This document shows positions 47,593 to 57,494 of a stretch of DNA of 64,000 bases, in pieces. Both the position numbers and the translations under genes were made by a program. Below the pieces are notes generated by a model. That model saw nothing but the letters and a program-made list of their open reading frames with translations. It did no database searches and was not told the origin of the DNA. Location of the stretch: IMG/VR virus record IMGVR_UViG_3300042888_002402. One strand, given 5' to 3'. How positions within the stretch are numbered: the stretch's first letter is position 1; every line of letters begins with the position of its first letter. Source of the DNA: a virus.

Positions 47593-50500
47593 TATACAGC
47601 ATCTCCTATTGAAAGTGCAGTAATGGTTTGTCCACTACTCAATGCTATACGAACTAGGATATTATTACCTGTGCTGTTGCTTGAATTTTGTTCTCCCAGT
47701 GTCATGGTATAGCTCACATTGGCAATGGCCGAGTTAAGTGGTACAACATCAGCACCAGTCAAGGCAACACCGTTGCTGCCATTGCCTCCAGAGCCTGTGT
47801 TTGCCCCAGGAACGCCCGACCCGTTGTACTGTAGTGAGCAACTCAACCAACCGTTGAGACTACTTGTTGGGCCTGGAAAACCCGGTGTAGGTGTGCTAAA
47901 TCCACCGGTGTCAATTGTGGTACCCGGGGCTGCAATGAAAAGGCCTGCGATACCTGTAGTGGTTGTGAGCCTAATATCAAAGTTGGCCATGGTGGCTCTG
48001 CGGAAGGCAAAAGTGAAATATTGTAGCCCACTGCGACCTGTGGCTAGGTCTGGCCCTACAGGCAAATATCCGGTGGATAAGTCTGTAACATAATGTCTAA
48101 CTACACCATATCGGTCAACTGCATCTTGGGTGCCGGCAATAGTTTGAACCCCGGTCCAGACATTTCCGGTATAATAATTGGTGCTGCCATCGAATGCAGG
48201 TGTGTTGCTGGCAGCACCAAAGCCAGTTATTCGTAAAGCGTTGTCAGTATAAACAGATCCCAACGTGGCACTGACTGCAATGTTGCCTTCACTGATGCCA
48301 GTGTTGGCAGTGGCATTGACCTGTATCTTGGTTGGCAATTGCACTGTGGTGCTAGTCCCAATCACGTTGAATATGTTGGCACCTACGTTGGCCACAGCGT
48401 TGACTGCTCCGTTGATTAGAACATTAAGATTGCCCATTACATAGTTTGATGCAATGCCTATGTTGGCATTGACATTGCTGCCGGTTAACATACTAGATGT
48501 TCCGTTGATCTGCGTTAAATTTTTGGTTTGTGCGGCAATGATTGATCCAGAACCTTCTATAGCCGAACCAGCACTCAATGTCATTGGATCAGCACTGCGG
48601 AAAGTTTGACCAGTAAAATTCTGTAATTCTACCGTGGCCACAGTAATGCTTGGACTACCTGTGGCACTGTAATATGGTATTCCTGAAATATAAGTGAAAG
48701 TCCCGTCGACATTGCCCACCATGACCACGTTGCTGGTTACCAGAGTAGGTGCAGAATTTAAATTGTCTTTGACCATGCCCACTGTATTGGTATTGCCTGA
48801 TACTGTGTGTCTCAGTTGGAAATCGTTGTAACCAGTGCCCAAGCTGGCCAGGGTATTGCTGATGGTAGCAGAAAATACCTTGTAAAATCCTGTGGGCACT
48901 GCGGCGTTGGCCACATGTAGATCGCGGTCAGCTGACACAATCAATGCGCCTGCTGTGCCCACTGTGTTTCCACTCGTGGTAAATGTCACATTGCCAGCGG
49001 CTGTGTTGTTGACAAAGGCAGTCAATGTTCCTGTGGTTGCGGTGTTGGCATTTTGAACCTGTGTGCTGGTCGCAACTGGAGTAGTAGTGGCCACACGAAT
49101 CACAGATGTACCATTGGCCACAATGTTGCCACCGGTGTTGTCGGCAGCACCGGCCGCTAGTAGCGGACTAGTTCCTTGACTGGCTGTGGTAATGGTCACA
49201 TTGGTATAACCACTGAGATTGGTTGGTGCAGTAGGATTGTCTAAAATTGTGATATAACTGGTTCTAGTCTGCGTATTGCTCTGTGATATAGTTCCTGGAG
49301 TTCCATTGGCCTGTAGTGCTACTGTTTTAGTTCCAGTAGTTGGAGATCCCACTGCTGTTAGATAAGAATGTGTGACGTTGGCAAACGTTATAAGGCCAGT
49401 ATTGCTGGTAGTATCGCCCCAGGTCCAGTTGAATACATTTCCAGTAAAGGCCACATTGGGCGAGGTATCGTTGCGGAAGTTGAATAAACTTCTATCAAGG
49501 CCATTGTAGTCAGTGTATAGATATCCAACCTGTGCGTTGGATGTAAATCCAGTGGCATCAGTCTGTGTGTTACTGGTTCCCACAAAACCAGCTCTGACTT
49601 CTGGTTCTAGTGAAATAGTCACATTGCTGGACTTGAATGGGCTGGTGCTGAAGCCGGTATATAGCCAAAGATTTGCCACACGGTTCACTGTGGTTGCAGC
49701 ATTTTGTTGTGATCCAGTAAGAGAAAAAGTATGTGTAATATTGGCTGCACCAGGATTACCTGCTAGTCCAGTCTGAATATTGATGTTACTGTTGGCTGTG
49801 CTGTCGCCCCATTGGAAGTTATACACCTGTTGAGCACCAAAGCTGGCTGTGTTACCAGGACTGCCAGGTGTTTGATTTTGAAAACTTACCACACCGCCCG
49901 ACGTGGCCAAGTAGTTGATTGTGGTTGCAACATTGGCTGCTACCGCTGGACTCTGTGGTGAATAAACTTTGACATTGGTATTGGCCGATGTGACACTGTA
50001 AGGTGGTGCATTACCGGCTGTTTGATTTGTGCCTGTTAAATTGATTCCGTAAATGGCATCTGTGTTGGCAGAGTTAACATAGGTATGACTATTGGTGGTA
50101 AAACTATTGCCAGGGTCAACAATATTGCCATCACCATAGTTGATCGAATAAGATGTAGCAAACTGGCTGGTGTTGGTCAGTGTTACACTGCTACCGGTGT
50201 CCAGGGTTGTTGGGCTTGCAGTAAATGACGGGATTGGTAACGGTGTAAACAGAGTGATGAAATCAACATTAGTTGATGTGGCCGTTGATCCTTTGGCACC
50301 GGCGGCAGCATTGCCACTGTAGGTACCATTGGTGTTGTAGGCCGTGTAAACCACTGTGAATTGTCCACCAAGCACATTGCTATAGGTGTGTGTTGGATTG
50401 GCCGAGGTACTGGTATTACCGTCACCAAAATTCCAAAGATAACTGTTGGGGTTACCAATGTAGTGTCCAGTGAATGCCACACTCAGTGGACTTGGTCCTG

Positions 50501-51008
50501 AAGTTACATTGGCAGTGATATAGACATTACCTACAAATGTATTTCCGGCAATATTTAAACTCACTTGGTTGAGATCATCTATACTGTCTGTGACAAAAGT
50601 GTTGGCAGTCCATCCAGGATATGCTACGTTAGTGGTAAGACTACTGTCACTAGGAATTCCCAATGGAATAAGATTGCCTGTTACATTGCCACTGACACTG
50701 CTTACCACATGATCTACATAGTATTTTGTTGCGGCATCTTGGTTTTGTACAGGATCAGTTAGATTGTTGATGTAGACATTGCCTACACTGACATTGCCAA
50801 CATTGGGTATAGTGATATTGCCCACAGTGATATTGCCTGCAACTTGAAGAGCAGTAGACGGGCTACCAGTATTAACACCTATGCGATTATTGCCAACGTC
50901 AATGTATAAAACGCTGCCAGAAGTAGAGGTATTGGAGAATGATAGATTGTTGCCATCTCTATAGAGATTGGCCTGAAGCATTTGACCCGCAATACGACTA
51001 ATTGACAT
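47592..51008 (-). CDS. PKD-domain virion protein
   Basis: SGPSPLSVAFT...SYLWNFGDGNTSTSANPTHTY and further WGD/YGDG PKD repeats. Confidence 0.8.
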   Translation of the reverse strand: MSISRIAGQMLQANLYRDGNNLSFSNTSTSGSVLYIDVGNNRIGVNTGSPSTALQVAGNITVGNITIPNVGNVSVGNVYINNLTDPVQNQDAATKYYVDHVVSSVSGNVTGNLIPLGIPSDSSLTTNVAYPGWTANTFVTDSIDDLNQVSLNIAGNTFVGNVYITANVTSGPSPLSVAFTGHYIGNPNSYLWNFGDGNTSTSANPTHTYSNVLGGQFTVVYTAYNTNGTYSGNAAAGAKGSTATSTNVDFITLFTPLPIPSFTASPTTLDTGSSVTLTNTSQFATSYSINYGDGNIVDPGNSFTTNSHTYVNSANTDAIYGINLTGTNQTAGNAPPYSVTSANTNVKVYSPQSPAVAANVATTINYLATSGGVVSFQNQTPGSPGNTASFGAQQVYNFQWGDSTANSNINIQTGLAGNPGAANITHTFSLTGSQQNAATTVNRVANLWLYTGFSTSPFKSSNVTISLEPEVRAGFVGTSNTQTDATGFTSNAQVGYLYTDYNGLDRSLFNFRNDTSPNVAFTGNVFNWTWGDTTSNTGLITFANVTHSYLTAVGSPTTGTKTVALQANGTPGTISQSNTQTRTSYITILDNPTAPTNLSGYTNVTITTASQGTSPLLAAGAADNTGGNIVANGTSVIRVATTTPVATSTQVQNANTATTGTLTAFVNNTAAGNVTFTTSGNTVGTAGALIVSADRDLHVANAAVPTGFYKVFSATISNTLASLGTGYNDFQLRHTVSGNTNTVGMVKDNLNSAPTLVTSNVVMVGNVDGTFTYISGIPYYSATGSPSITVATVELQNFTGQTFRSADPMTLSAGSAIEGSGSIIAAQTKNLTQINGTSSMLTGSNVNANIGIASNYVMGNLNVLINGAVNAVANVGANIFNVIGTSTTVQLPTKIQVNATANTGISEGNIAVSATLGSVYTDNALRITGFGAASNTPAFDGSTNYYTGNVWTGVQTIAGTQDAVDRYGVVRHYVTDLSTGYLPVGPDLATGRSGLQYFTFAFRRATMANFDIRLTTTTGIAGLFIAAPGTTIDTGGFSTPTPGFPGPTSSLNGWLSCSLQYNGSGVPGANTGSGGNGSNGVALTGADVVPLNSAIANVSYTMTLGEQNSSNSTGNNILVRIALSSGQTITALSIGDAV

Positions 51009-51040
51009 AGATTATCCTGGTGATAAGGTATTTAGCGAGT

Positions 51041-51454
51041 TTATAAATTGGTTTGAATCACGTTGATCACTGTCAGATCTGGTGGTGCCGAAGTAAATAT
51101 TATGTCATAACTGCCATTGACTGTGTATGCAGCTGGTGTACTGTTGCCGCCAGGTGTTTGATAAATTGATCCAACAAACACAATAATTTGTGCCGGATCA
51201 GACACTTGCTGGGTCATTGTGTATGTTGTGGTAGAACCATCTCCAGTGAAATTATCAACTGTGTAAATTGATCCTGAATTGCTTAACAAATACAACCATT
51301 GAGTGCCATCAAAATATTCCACTGCAGGAACTGTGGTGTTGTAACGTATGGTGCCAAAAAATGGGTTTTCTGGGCGGTTGGTAGAAGTTCCTGTAGGTAA
51401 TACCACTCCGGTGCTGCCAGATTGCAATTGCCGATTTTTGACAAAATATCCCAT
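51041..51454 (-). CDS. Small fibre-associated structural protein
   Basis: LPTGTS..RP...GTIRYNT and FTGDGSTT domain. Confidence 0.65.
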   Translation of the reverse strand: MGYFVKNRQLQSGSTGVVLPTGTSTNRPENPFFGTIRYNTTVPAVEYFDGTQWLYLLSNSGSIYTVDNFTGDGSTTTYTMTQQVSDPAQIIVFVGSIYQTPGGNSTPAAYTVNGSYDIIFTSAPPDLTVINVIQTNL

Positions 51455-51771
51455 TATATTGAAGTGTATGAAGTTACCGCAGTCACTGTGTTAGCAGTGG
51501 TTATTACCTGTACAAAATCTCCTGTTTCTAACAATAACTTTTCTCCAGCAGCATAAATTTGGTAAGTGTCTCCACTGGCAAGTGGCAAAGAATACAGAAT
51601 TTGATTACTAGTTGTTGCAGTATCGCCGTTTGGCACCACAAATATGTTGGCAGTCACATTTGCAGCGCCCCAATTGTTTAAACTCAGCCAGGTAATGGCA
51701 GTGTTGCTGCCACTGGTGTAAACCGTATTACCAACTACTGTGTTGCTGATTACTTGTGTTGTTATTGACAT
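51454..51771 (-). CDS. Small beta-sandwich structural protein
   Basis: 105 aa with the EKLLLETGD motif, in the fibre operon. Confidence 0.6.
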   Translation of the reverse strand: MSITTQVISNTVVGNTVYTSGSNTAITWLSLNNWGAANVTANIFVVPNGDTATTSNQILYSLPLASGDTYQIYAAGEKLLLETGDFVQVITTANTVTAVTSYTSI

Positions 51772-51780
51772 TTTTGTTCC

Positions 51781-52383
51781 TTAAAATATGATTGCAAATA
51801 CAATGGCTGCACTCTTGCTAACCAGTTCGTCATTGACAGAACTTGACAACACGTAAACACCTGTGCCACCTCCTCCAATGGTATTGTTGTAAAGAGCCAC
51901 TGCATTTGATGGAACGCTGGGTGCAGCGCCAATGTTGCCTAGCACTTCGGTCCCTTGAATTTTTAGCACATTGTTTGCATAATCAAAAGTCAAATTGGCA
52001 CTGGCACCAAATGAGTTACCTTGATTAAATTGAACTTGTGTGTTGGAACCACCAACCACGACAGTACTTGTGCCAATGTTGGCATAACTTGTTACTGCAG
52101 ATCCATCTGAGTTTACTGCATTACTAATCTGCCAAGCATTGGCAGCAGTATCAAATCTTAATCCAGCAAAGGTGCTAGGACCTTTTTGTGCTATCAGTCC
52201 CATGTCTGTGATATTGCCAGTGTTGTTGGCTGCCACAGTAAAGAAGGCAAAGGTACTAGTAGCTGGTATAGAATAAGTAACATTGCCATTGAACACAGTG
52301 TTTGCATTGACCGTGAAAGTGCCCACGCCGTTGTTGACAGTTAGGGTGTAATCACTGTTGGTATTTTTGTAAGCAATAGACAT
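51781..52383 (-). CDS. Fibre-associated structural protein
   Basis: GGSNTQVQFN....FG.SANLTFD motif. Confidence 0.6.
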   Translation of the reverse strand: MSIAYKNTNSDYTLTVNNGVGTFTVNANTVFNGNVTYSIPATSTFAFFTVAANNTGNITDMGLIAQKGPSTFAGLRFDTAANAWQISNAVNSDGSAVTSYANIGTSTVVVGGSNTQVQFNQGNSFGASANLTFDYANNVLKIQGTEVLGNIGAAPSVPSNAVALYNNTIGGGGTGVYVLSSSVNDELVSKSAAIVFAIIF

Positions 52384-52386
52384 TGG

Positions 52387-52974
52387 TTATAGATCCTTTT
52401 GATTATTTATGCGGTCTACAAAGGTGTCTAATTCATAGTGTTGTAGATTTTTTAATGTTTCAAGCTCAGGTATACGTGCAGTGGTTGGGCCCGCTATTCT
52501 ATAAAATTGATTTTGTGGATAATCAGTGATAATTTTGGTCAGTTGTTTCGTCCAATTTCCAACAAATGTTGGCGGTGCTCCTGCTGGTTTGTAAAATTCT
52601 GTGTTGGCGTAGATATTGTTAAAGTGTTTGTTGAGGTCAGGTCCCATGTCAAAGCCCAGCAGGTAAATTGATCTAGCACCGTTTTGACAGGCAACCGCCA
52701 CTGCAATTGGACCGGAACTGTATCCATAATACTGTTGTGGTACAGGAAGACCGCCTTGACCAGCTATGGGTTTGCGAGTGTAAAAATTGTTGGTCAACGC
52801 ATATCCTGTTTTTTGTATTTGTTCAGCAATGGGCTTATCTGTGGCAATTAGCGCATCCGGAGCAAATTCTTTGTAGAGTGCATTACACCCGTAGATTTTC
52901 CCACGTTGTTTCAAATACGGTAAACTGATATTCCGTCGGCTTACGCCATTTCCTAATACAAATGCCACAGTCAT
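52387..52974 (-). CDS. CstII (GT42)/MAF-DUF115-like glycosyltransferase
   Basis: AFVLGNGVSR, IYGCNALY and SSGPIAVAVA..GARSIYLLGFD parallel the CstII motifs IIAGNGPS, FRCNQFY and TSG...AVAIALGYKEIYLSGID. Confidence 0.6.
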   Translation of the reverse strand: MTVAFVLGNGVSRRNISLPYLKQRGKIYGCNALYKEFAPDALIATDKPIAEQIQKTGYALTNNFYTRKPIAGQGGLPVPQQYYGYSSGPIAVAVACQNGARSIYLLGFDMGPDLNKHFNNIYANTEFYKPAGAPPTFVGNWTKQLTKIITDYPQNQFYRIAGPTTARIPELETLKNLQHYELDTFVDRINNQKDL

Positions 52975-53008
52975 AAAAAATCCCCACAGTACTTATTGTG
53001 GGGATTTT
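52975..53008 (-). terminator. Terminator hairpin after the 260-aa gene
   Basis: AAAATCCCCACA/TGTGGGGATTTT stem; the T-tract runs into ATG 52974. Confidence 0.7.
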
Positions 53009-53024
53009 AGAGTTGTTACAAAAA

Positions 53025-53807
53025 TTACGAAGTGTAATTTTCTACAATACCAAGATCGAGTGTACCACCAGCATTTTGCTCACTGCCGTTGGCGCCCCAG
53101 GTGGCTGTTTCTGCACCAGATTTGGCAACTGTGCCTTCGTCGGTGAAGAAGTTGGCATCAAGTACCACGTTGTCAACAACCAGATCAGAATCCCAAACAT
53201 CGCCTACATCAGCATTACCACCTGTGCAACCACCATCAAAGTTCTGCAAGAACTTGTTGGTCAGTTTGCTGACAGCTACTTCTGTGGAATCGCCAAGGAA
53301 GTAACTGATACTCATGTTGCCTGCAGAGGGCGATAAATCGCTGGTTAGCACACATGTTCCAACAGCGTTGACACGACCTGTGCCTGTGCTGCCAAGAGCA
53401 GCAGTGGCTGTAAAGATTGTGCCAACCTGTGCAGTAGGAGCACCGTAGCTGGCCCAGTCTGTGTCGCCTACCACAGTGATACGGTATGCAAATCCAGATA
53501 CCAGGGCAGTTCTGGAAGTTATATCAGCTACCATAAATTTACGTGAACCTTTTTGGCGCAAAATAACACCATCTGCTTCAGCAAACCCTGTGACAAACAC
53601 ACGACATTTTACAACTGGATATGTGGTGCTTACATCTGTACCACGTGTACCTCCAACCACACCCAGCCACAGTGGATTAGTGCCGCCGGTTGGATATACC
53701 ACAGTGGCCACGTCCATTGAAGTTGGTGCTGCAAATGGAGGATATGCCTGATCTATTGGAGTAGATGTAGATGTATTATATTTTTGAATTTTTAGTGGAC
53801 GTCCCAT
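53025..53807 (-). CDS. Hypothetical structural protein
   Basis: MGRPLK start, ILRQKGSRKF motif, strong AAGGAG SD, late promoter. Confidence 0.65.
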   Translation of the reverse strand: MGRPLKIQKYNTSTSTPIDQAYPPFAAPTSMDVATVVYPTGGTNPLWLGVVGGTRGTDVSTTYPVVKCRVFVTGFAEADGVILRQKGSRKFMVADITSRTALVSGFAYRITVVGDTDWASYGAPTAQVGTIFTATAALGSTGTGRVNAVGTCVLTSDLSPSAGNMSISYFLGDSTEVAVSKLTNKFLQNFDGGCTGGNADVGDVWDSDLVVDNVVLDANFFTDEGTVAKSGAETATWGANGSEQNAGGTLDLGIVENYTS

Positions 53808-53811
53808 TTTG

Positions 53812-53906
53812 TTTTCTCCTTAAAGAAGCCCGATGCGGGTTCTAGCCGCTACGCTGTGGGTGTTGAGTCCCAGCATAAAACGCATGATTGCGTTGACTTG
53901 TATTTA
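53812..53906 (-). promoter_or_regulatory. Late promoter plus structured 5' leader RNA (candidate cis-regulatory element)
   Basis: TAAATA at 53901-06, then three consecutive hairpins and an anti-SD segment. Confidence 0.5.
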
Positions 53907-53952
53907 TGGTGATGTAAATATTTCCACAGTCAGCTAGAAAATTAAATATATC

Positions 53953-55101
53953 ATGGAAACAGAACTACTAATAGCTCACGGTAATCAATGCCGTGAAGAC
54001 AACAACCCGGAACAGGCATTGGCCTTTTATGCACAGGCATTTACACAAGATCGACGTTTGGCCAGTGCATTCAACAACTACGGCAATGTGCTAAGAGAAT
54101 GTGGTGATCCTGCTGGCGCCATACCATTTTTACAACGTGCCACACAATTGGATCCTGCAAATGTCACTGCAAAATTCAATTTGTCAGTGGCATATCTGTT
54201 GCAGGGTGATTATAAACAAGGATGGCCTGCCTACGAAGTTCGCTGGCAGTACGAACATCTAAACGGACAACTTCCAAAACATTCACAGCCTAGATGGGCT
54301 GGCCAGGATATTCGAGATAAAACCATACTGATCATCGCTGAACAAGGTCACGGTGACAATATTCAATTTATAAGATTTGTTGGAGATGTTTACGCTCGTG
54401 GCGCACGAATCATTATGCAATGCAATGCAAGTTTGATCCCATTGTTTCAGGGCAGCCAGGCTATTTCTGAATTTGTTCCATCTGACATGGAACCCACTGG
54501 GTTTGATTACTGGACTCCAATTATGAGCATTCCTAACATAATTAATACCACATTGGAAAATTTAACTCATGTGCAATTTTATGTAACTCCAGACGCAAAT
54601 CTTGCACAACAATGGTTGAAAATTCTTGGACCCAAAACTAAACTACGTGTGGGATTTTGTTGGTCAGGACGTAGAGACACCTGGATTAATCGACACAAAG
54701 GCATGCCATTTGAAGTCATGGTCGAATTGATCCAACGCAATCCCAACTACGAATGGATCAATTTACAGTGTGATTGCACTGCAGAAGAAGAACGTGCCTT
54801 GGTTGATATTGGTGTACGAGCATATCCTGGATCAATTCGTAACTTTGCAGACTCAGCTGCATTGATACACAATCTTGATGTTGTGCTCAGTGTGGATACC
54901 GCAGTGGCTCACTTGGCAGGAGCATTGGGTCGTCCTGTATGGGTCATGTTGAACTGGTTTGGTACCGATTGGCGTTGGTTGCTTGATCGCGATTCAAGTC
55001 CTTGGTACTCAACTGCCAGACTGTTTCGGCAGCCTCGAATGGGCGATTGGAATTCAGTAACCGATAAAATACACAAATTCCTTGGCTGGTTTAAGATTTA
55101 A
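53953..55101 (+). CDS. TPR-repeat protein fused to a GT-B glycosyltransferase (GT9/heptosyltransferase-like)
   Basis: TPRs (AFNNYGNVL, AKFNLS..L), EQGHGDNIQF.R, DLV/VLSVDTAVAHLAGALGRP, DWRW, PWYS..RLFRQ. Confidence 0.8.
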   Translation: METELLIAHGNQCREDNNPEQALAFYAQAFTQDRRLASAFNNYGNVLRECGDPAGAIPFLQRATQLDPANVTAKFNLSVAYLLQGDYKQGWPAYEVRWQYEHLNGQLPKHSQPRWAGQDIRDKTILIIAEQGHGDNIQFIRFVGDVYARGARIIMQCNASLIPLFQGSQAISEFVPSDMEPTGFDYWTPIMSIPNIINTTLENLTHVQFYVTPDANLAQQWLKILGPKTKLRVGFCWSGRRDTWINRHKGMPFEVMVELIQRNPNYEWINLQCDCTAEEERALVDIGVRAYPGSIRNFADSAALIHNLDVVLSVDTAVAHLAGALGRPVWVMLNWFGTDWRWLLDRDSSPWYSTARLFRQPRMGDWNSVTDKIHKFLGWFKI

Positions 55102-55114
55102 TTTTGTAATCAAC

Positions 55115-55139
55115 AAAAAAGGGCCTTTCGGCCCTTTTT
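55115..55139. terminator. Bidirectional terminator between the TPR-GT gene and gp23
   Basis: A6-GGGCC-TTTC-GGCCC-T5; GAAA loop on the minus strand. Confidence 0.9.
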
Positions 55140-55167
55140 GTCTTCCCATCCCTGGGTAGTTCTCTGA

Positions 55168-56364
55168 TTAGGAGAATGAAAGATTTTGTACAGCAATTTC
55201 GCCAACATAGTCAGCTGCATTACCGAACGAACTGGCAGTGTTGGTCAATTCAACAAAACCATAACGAGTCATAAATGACACGACTGGTTCGAATGTTGAT
55301 GGATCCAACACAACACCACTGCTCATCAACGGAATGTATGGGCAATAGAATGCTGCGGCATCAGCCTCAGAAGTACCTTTATAACCAACCAACACAGCTT
55401 GTGTGTCCTGTGCATAGCTGTTTACAAACACACGCATAGCACCATTCAATGTACCAACAAACTTGGTGTTTGTAGGTGCTTCAAATGTGCCTTCTGTTGT
55501 GCGAGCAAATGCACTAGTTGTTGCAGATTGCAACACTGTCAGACTTGCTGGACTCACAACGCACCAGTTACCAGCGCCACGACGTGTACGCTGAGCAATC
55601 AAGTTGGCAACACGATTGATCAAAACTGCCAATGCGGCATGTTCGTCACCAACGAATGTTGCAGTACCTGACACAGTAGCTTGATTGTATGTGAACTCTG
55701 TAGCTGCAAGTGTTTGCAAGCTTAAGAGAATCTCTTGGTCAATCTCAGCAGTGATCTCTTGTGCAAGAGCTGCCATGATTTCTGCTTCAACGTCAATACC
55801 GTGCATGGCCTGTGCGTCTTGTGCAGATTCAAATGTCCAACGTGCTTGCAACTTACGTGTTTTGGCTTCCACGGCTTGTTTCAAGATCTGAACAGAAATT
55901 TGCTTACCGCCTGTACCTTCCATGATTGCTGTATTGTTACCAGTATAACCAGTAGCAGTAGTAGTACCTTGTGGAACTGTAGAGTATGCAGTAGCAATTG
56001 TGAATGGACTCAATGCCTCTTGGCCAGCGGACACGCTGGTTGCAGCCAATGAGTTATCAGTCAAAGACTGAGCATAACGCACACGCAGAGTGTGAATTTG
56101 ACCTACTGGACCTGTCATTGGCTGAACGCCTACCAACTCGTTAGCAATAACTGTTGGCATAACACGTCGAATCACTGGAAGAATCACACGGTTTAATGTG
56201 GCGATATTTCCAGATGCAGTAGAACCTGAACTTGCGTTCTCACGCAAATACTTTTTGGTATTTTCGAGGATAACGCTCATTGAAGTACGCTTTGAACCTT
56301 GCAGGCCTTCTAGCAATGCTTCTTTGGTCTCGTTCCAACGACCTTCTAATAATTCCTGTGACAT
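55168..56364 (-). CDS. gp23: Major capsid protein
   Basis: RRVMP..IA.ELVGVQPMTGP.GQI..LR, AKTRKL.A.WT.E.AQD, EIDQEI, TRRGAGN, FYCPYIPL, F.P...FMTRYG. Confidence 0.97.
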   Translation of the reverse strand: MSQELLEGRWNETKEALLEGLQGSKRTSMSVILENTKKYLRENASSGSTASGNIATLNRVILPVIRRVMPTVIANELVGVQPMTGPVGQIHTLRVRYAQSLTDNSLAATSVSAGQEALSPFTIATAYSTVPQGTTTATGYTGNNTAIMEGTGGKQISVQILKQAVEAKTRKLQARWTFESAQDAQAMHGIDVEAEIMAALAQEITAEIDQEILLSLQTLAATEFTYNQATVSGTATFVGDEHAALAVLINRVANLIAQRTRRGAGNWCVVSPASLTVLQSATTSAFARTTEGTFEAPTNTKFVGTLNGAMRVFVNSYAQDTQAVLVGYKGTSEADAAAFYCPYIPLMSSGVVLDPSTFEPVVSFMTRYGFVELTNTASSFGNAADYVGEIAVQNLSFS

Positions 56365-56386
56365 TTAAGTCTCCTTTTTTTCTTTT

Positions 56387-57484
56387 TTACAGTCCGGCCA
56401 AGCGTTTAAGATCGATTACATTGCTTTCGGCAACTTGGTCATCTTCTTGAACACGGACGGATTTATCGCCAGTTTCTGTGGAATATGTTTCTGTAATCAC
56501 TTTTTTACCGGCTCTTACAGAACGATCTTCCAACACAGCTGGTAGATACTTTTCGAATGCATTTTTCAAACGTGACGTTTGAACGCTTTCTAGCAAATTA
56601 CGCATTGTTTCTTGCTTTTCTTTGTTTAAAGGAGCAAGCAAGAGTTCCATGGTGCTTTCGCGCTCATTGGACTCTTTAATAACACGTATTTCACGTTCTT
56701 TGGACTCCACAAGAACTTTTGCTCTTTGTGTGAGTTTGATGGCTTCAGACAATTTGTTATTCTTTTCAGCAATAATATCATGCAATTTACGAACTTCTGC
56801 TTTCTCATTTAAATGAGTAGCACCAAATTCTGTTGCATATGCTTCAAAGATTCTACGTCCAAAATTGTTCTCGCGAGCAACTTGGATGTCTTCTTTTAAC
56901 TGTCCTAGTTCGGCCTTAAGATGTTGGCTAACAGCATTAGACATTTTCTTGGCAGATTCTGTTACGAATCGAGCTTTGAGACTTTCTAATGTACGACGAG
57001 CTTCACGCACTAAACGAACCTTAGTCTCTACGACATCACGTTTGTCTCTTGCAAATTCTTGAATCTCGCCAGCAAGTGCATGTACCACAAAGTTTTCTAA
57101 TTTAGCTAAACTTTCTGTGTGCATCTTGCGGTCTTTGCGCAGTTCGCCAATTTCTTCTGCTAATTTGGTCACCATAAAGTCGTTGAACTTTGTAGATGAT
57201 TCTTTCATTTTAGCTTGGAACTTAACGCGATCTTCAACTAGTTGAGCTTTTTCAGCCTGCACTTGTTGAATCTCTGCAGCAAGACCATCTGTAACCATAC
57301 GATCTAGGGCTTCCACCATCACTGTCTTGTCATGCTCATAGCGTTGTGCAAACTCTTCGCGTAGTTCTGCACGTACCTGTTCACGAGCTTCAGTCATCTT
57401 GGCTTCCCAAGCTTCTGTAATCTCGCTGCGAGTTTCCTCGTTGATCAAGTCGCTATCTAATAATGGTTTTATAATGTCTAACAT
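56387..57484 (-). CDS. gp22: Prohead core scaffold protein
   Basis: E/K-rich coiled coil between gp21 and gp23. Confidence 0.8.
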   Translation of the reverse strand: MLDIIKPLLDSDLINEETRSEITEAWEAKMTEAREQVRAELREEFAQRYEHDKTVMVEALDRMVTDGLAAEIQQVQAEKAQLVEDRVKFQAKMKESSTKFNDFMVTKLAEEIGELRKDRKMHTESLAKLENFVVHALAGEIQEFARDKRDVVETKVRLVREARRTLESLKARFVTESAKKMSNAVSQHLKAELGQLKEDIQVARENNFGRRIFEAYATEFGATHLNEKAEVRKLHDIIAEKNNKLSEAIKLTQRAKVLVESKEREIRVIKESNERESTMELLLAPLNKEKQETMRNLLESVQTSRLKNAFEKYLPAVLEDRSVRAGKKVITETYSTETGDKSVRVQEDDQVAESNVIDLKRLAGL

Positions 57485-57494
57485 TATGTTTTCC

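Noticed and set aside
53833-53855. preQ1-I riboswitch (GGUUCUAG on the plus strand)
   Set aside because: The loop is too short, there is no adjacent A-rich 3' tail, and promoter and SD context favour the minus strand.
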